Source: Camelus dromedarius
Taxonomy: Eukaryota
Reading direction: 5' to 3'
Assembly (NCBI RefSeq): GCF_036321535.1
Contig: NC_087436.1
Span: 22,942,001-23,006,000 of the forward strand
DNA: 64,000 nucleotides
Below the pieces are notes generated by a model. It was given only the letters and a program-made list of their open reading frames with translations. It was not told the DNA's origin and ran no database searches. Positions 61,146 through 64,000 of this stretch are shown here, piece after piece. Numbering within the stretch: position 1 is the first letter of the stretch; each line of letters opens with the position of its first letter. Position numbers and translations under genes: made by a program.

Positions 61146-63344
61146 ATTAAAAATAATGTTTAAATTCATGCAGAAAGTGGTAATACCTTACATTCCTATG
61201 GTTCTTTGCAGCTTTTTTCAGTCATTTCACATACATTTTCTCACTTGAGAAAAGATGATAATCAGGAGCTAACTCTTAAAAAAGTAGATATTAGATTTAT
61301 AAGTATGAAATATCTACAAATGGAAACTGCAGGTTTCTTTTAGTATTGACTAAATTCTAAATGGCCATCCGTGAAACTAAAGAAAGGATGGATTCTGGGA
61401 GAGAGAGGATGCAAGGACTTGAAAAAGGATTTTTGCTCACATGCGCTTGGGAGGGATATCATCTCCGTCCAAGATGCATGGGGAGCAACGGGGCTGCCAA
61501 CTCCATAAAATGTTGACACTTTGCTGGTTTTCCAAACGTTCTACTAATGCAGTGTTCAAACAACCTGGTTTTGAATTCATAACTAAGGAATTTCCAGGTT
61601 TTTCAACATTCTTTGGCTTTCTGAGCTTTTGTTCTGATTCCTTACTGATCTGCATATGCCAAGTTAAATAATGGCAACTGAGCTCTCTCCCAGGAAGAGG
61701 AAGCACTAAAACCACAGGATGCTCCTGCTGCTTATCTGGTCGCCAGGTCATGTGTGTCCTGGTCACACATTCCTCACAGGGCTGAAGAGCTTTTCCAGAA
61801 TACACGATAATTACATAGCAGCGATCACTCAGAAGCAGAACGTGCCTTTGGGAGGAAAATAGATGGTAGGCTGACATCATTTTGCAAAAAGAGGCACTCT
61901 ATTTTACAGTGACTCGGCGTCAAAGTAAACAGAATTGCCCAAATGGCAGGATCTCTTTGTAGAGTTTATCCATACAAAATGTGCTGTTTATTAACTTCTC
62001 ATCCCCGAGTCTCAGGGCCGCCTGTGTGTCATAGATTAGATACTCGGGGCAGCACTTAGCTCTGAGGAGATACCCAGCAAGCCTTTCAGCACTCCTTCCC
62101 CCCTCTTCATCCCCTCTTCTCATCCCTGCTCCTTCGCCTTCCCTCCCTCACACACACCCTCAGAAGCAATTACACTGCAGTCCACCTGGGAGGGATCTGC
62201 CGGCTTCTCTCTGACGCTGGCTGCACATTGCAAAATGAAGCAAAGATCAGAGAATTGTCTGATGACTCACATCGGTGCACGTGTCTCATTTGAACAGATT
62301 AGACCCTATAGCAGCATTTTGTCCTAGATTTTGTGCATTGATCCGACTGGTCAGATAATTCGTCCAAATCCACTTCACTTTGTACCATTTTTGGACACCC
62401 TAAATACATAAATTCTTGATGACTATTTCTATTGGAGTAAATGGATATCTGCAGTCTCTCTCTTTTTTTTTAACCATGCACACAACACATAGCCCAAAGA
62501 GCATGGAGAACTATCCCAGAATCCCACCTAATTTTTTACTATCATCAGTCCTAGAAATTCATCATGAATATTGAAGATGAATGAGGTGGAAGTCCAGATG
62601 AAGAGAACTGCCCCGTTTCCATTTTCACTGTCTTTTCAAGCAGACGTCATATATCATGCAGCTCAATAGTGGGATGACCAATGCAGGTAGCATACTGCTA
62701 CTCGGTGTTTAAGTTTAAAATAACTGCTTTAAAATAGCTAATTATACTTTACCCTGAAGGAGGAGAAAATGTTTCCTCATGTCCCTGAAAATGGGTGATG
62801 GGTAATTTAAAACTTTGTGGAGATCCAAAATTTGGTTGCCTATTTTTAAAATGCTAAGTTGGGGTTTAAAAAAAAACTGTCCAGTGCCAGAGCCCAATTC
62901 TTCACCGTTAGAGTCTATGGTCTCCTAATATCAGTAGTTAATAGGCATATTGTAGGGGGGATATTAGTGAAGAAAAAATTAGGCTGCCAAATAGTAAATA
63001 TGTTCAAAGCTACCCAACTGAAACTGATATTAATAGGGTCAGCAAAAGATAGGTCAACTTTACAATCAAACAGAATCCAAAAGTAGACCCCAATCTGTCT
63101 GAGTAATCTGGGGAAAAATAAATTGCATCCTCTCTCTCTCTCTTCTCTGCCCGTCACTCTGTAAGAGCTCAATAAAGGTTGTGTGGTTATTGAATCACAT
63201 TCAGATTGTTCAAGCTTTAAATGTGAACAGTGAAACTACATTTAAGTTTTCAAAAAGCAATTTTAGGTGAGTATTTTTGCCATCTTTGGTGGAGAAGAGC
63301 TTCCTAAGGCTTATTAATAACCCCAAGAGCTTATGCTCAGAAAA

Positions 63345-63390
63345 AGAAAAACAAACAAAACAAAACAAACAAAACAAAACAAAACAAAAC
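63345..63390. repeat. (CAAAA/CAAA)n simple repeat
   Basis: Direct read. Confidence 0.9.
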
Positions 63391-64000
63391 CTCATTCTGC
63401 AGCCTTGAATAGATATGCTTTAAAAATATAAACACAAAAGAATGAAGTGAAAACTTAAGATTCTACCACTACCTAAATATCTATAAAATGGCTAGAGCAC
63501 TGGAAGGAGGCTCACCAGGCCATATTAGTCCAGTATACAAAGAAGATCATGTAGAGACAAAGCCTGCCAGCAGCCTTAATTCCTCAGAAAACCTCAGCCC
63601 ACATGTAGCCATTAGCCAAAGTAAACACGACAAGAGAAGAAGCATCAGAATTGTCGGTAAATTCTGCACAGTTGAAATCTAAGCCATCAGTTTCATTAAT
63701 TCCCAGAAATAACAGCCAAGTGTAAACACTGTGTAGCTTTGTGATTTTATAGTTGGGCCAGTGCAAAGGTTTAAGGAATTTTTAAAATCATATAATTGAT
63801 GGCACGTACACAGACAACTTTGTATCTAGTTAGTTTTTAAAGTATTTGTTCAATGTAAGTGAAATACCATCAAAGAATTTAGGATGGAAAACCCACATAA
63901 GACGTCAAGTTCAAGTGAAAACCCTAAGGAGCTTCTGAGAGACTTGCAACACCTTGAAAAAATATAATCTGGTAGTTCCATCTTGCTGACTGACTCAGCA

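Noticed and set aside
41668..62036. Shared 15-mer ctgtgtgtcatagat at ~41668 and ~62022
   Set aside because: A few matches of this length are expected by chance in 64 kb, and the similarity does not extend.
62003..62049. Inverted repeat ccccgagt...actcgggg
   Set aside because: Only an 8-bp stem with a 31-nt loop, too weak for a structured RNA call.
1..64000. Prokaryotic or viral systems, CRISPR arrays, NUMTs, processed pseudogenes
   Set aside because: No regular repeat-spacer array, dense coding, or recognisable mitochondrial or mRNA-derived sequence was seen by eye. A BLAST search would be needed to exclude highly decayed copies.

Overview
Mammalian, CpG-depleted, AT-rich non-coding DNA (intronic or intergenic). 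It is very probably from a camelid (camel/llama/alpaca), because it carries three tRNA-Ala(AGC)-derived Vic-1-type SINEs and young L1 3' ends. I could not identify any host protein-coding exon, RNA gene, CRISPR array or prokaryotic system. Every ORF with a recognisable product is a decayed L1 or L2 retrotransposon fragment. A large part of the window is interspersed repeat: L1 of several ages, L2, MIR, MLT1 and LTR16 solo LTRs, and hAT/Charlie elements. The best non-repeat signal is a minus-strand core promoter candidate near 20.55 kb (GC box, TATAAAAG, Inr-like CA, ~200-nt first exon, AG|GTAATT donor), plus a splice-site-bounded exon-like block at 1.2-1.8 kb. The best-supported structural oddities are a twin-primed (5'-inverted) L1 with target-site duplications (TSDs), a tail-less internal L1 ORF2 piece with a TSD, a local ~120-bp templated duplication inserted into an L1 tail, a poly(A)-only insertion and several nested insertions. 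Repeat families were assigned from remembered consensus motifs, not a database search. Boundaries without a stated TSD are approximate (tens of bp). I found no evidence for a genuinely new biological system.
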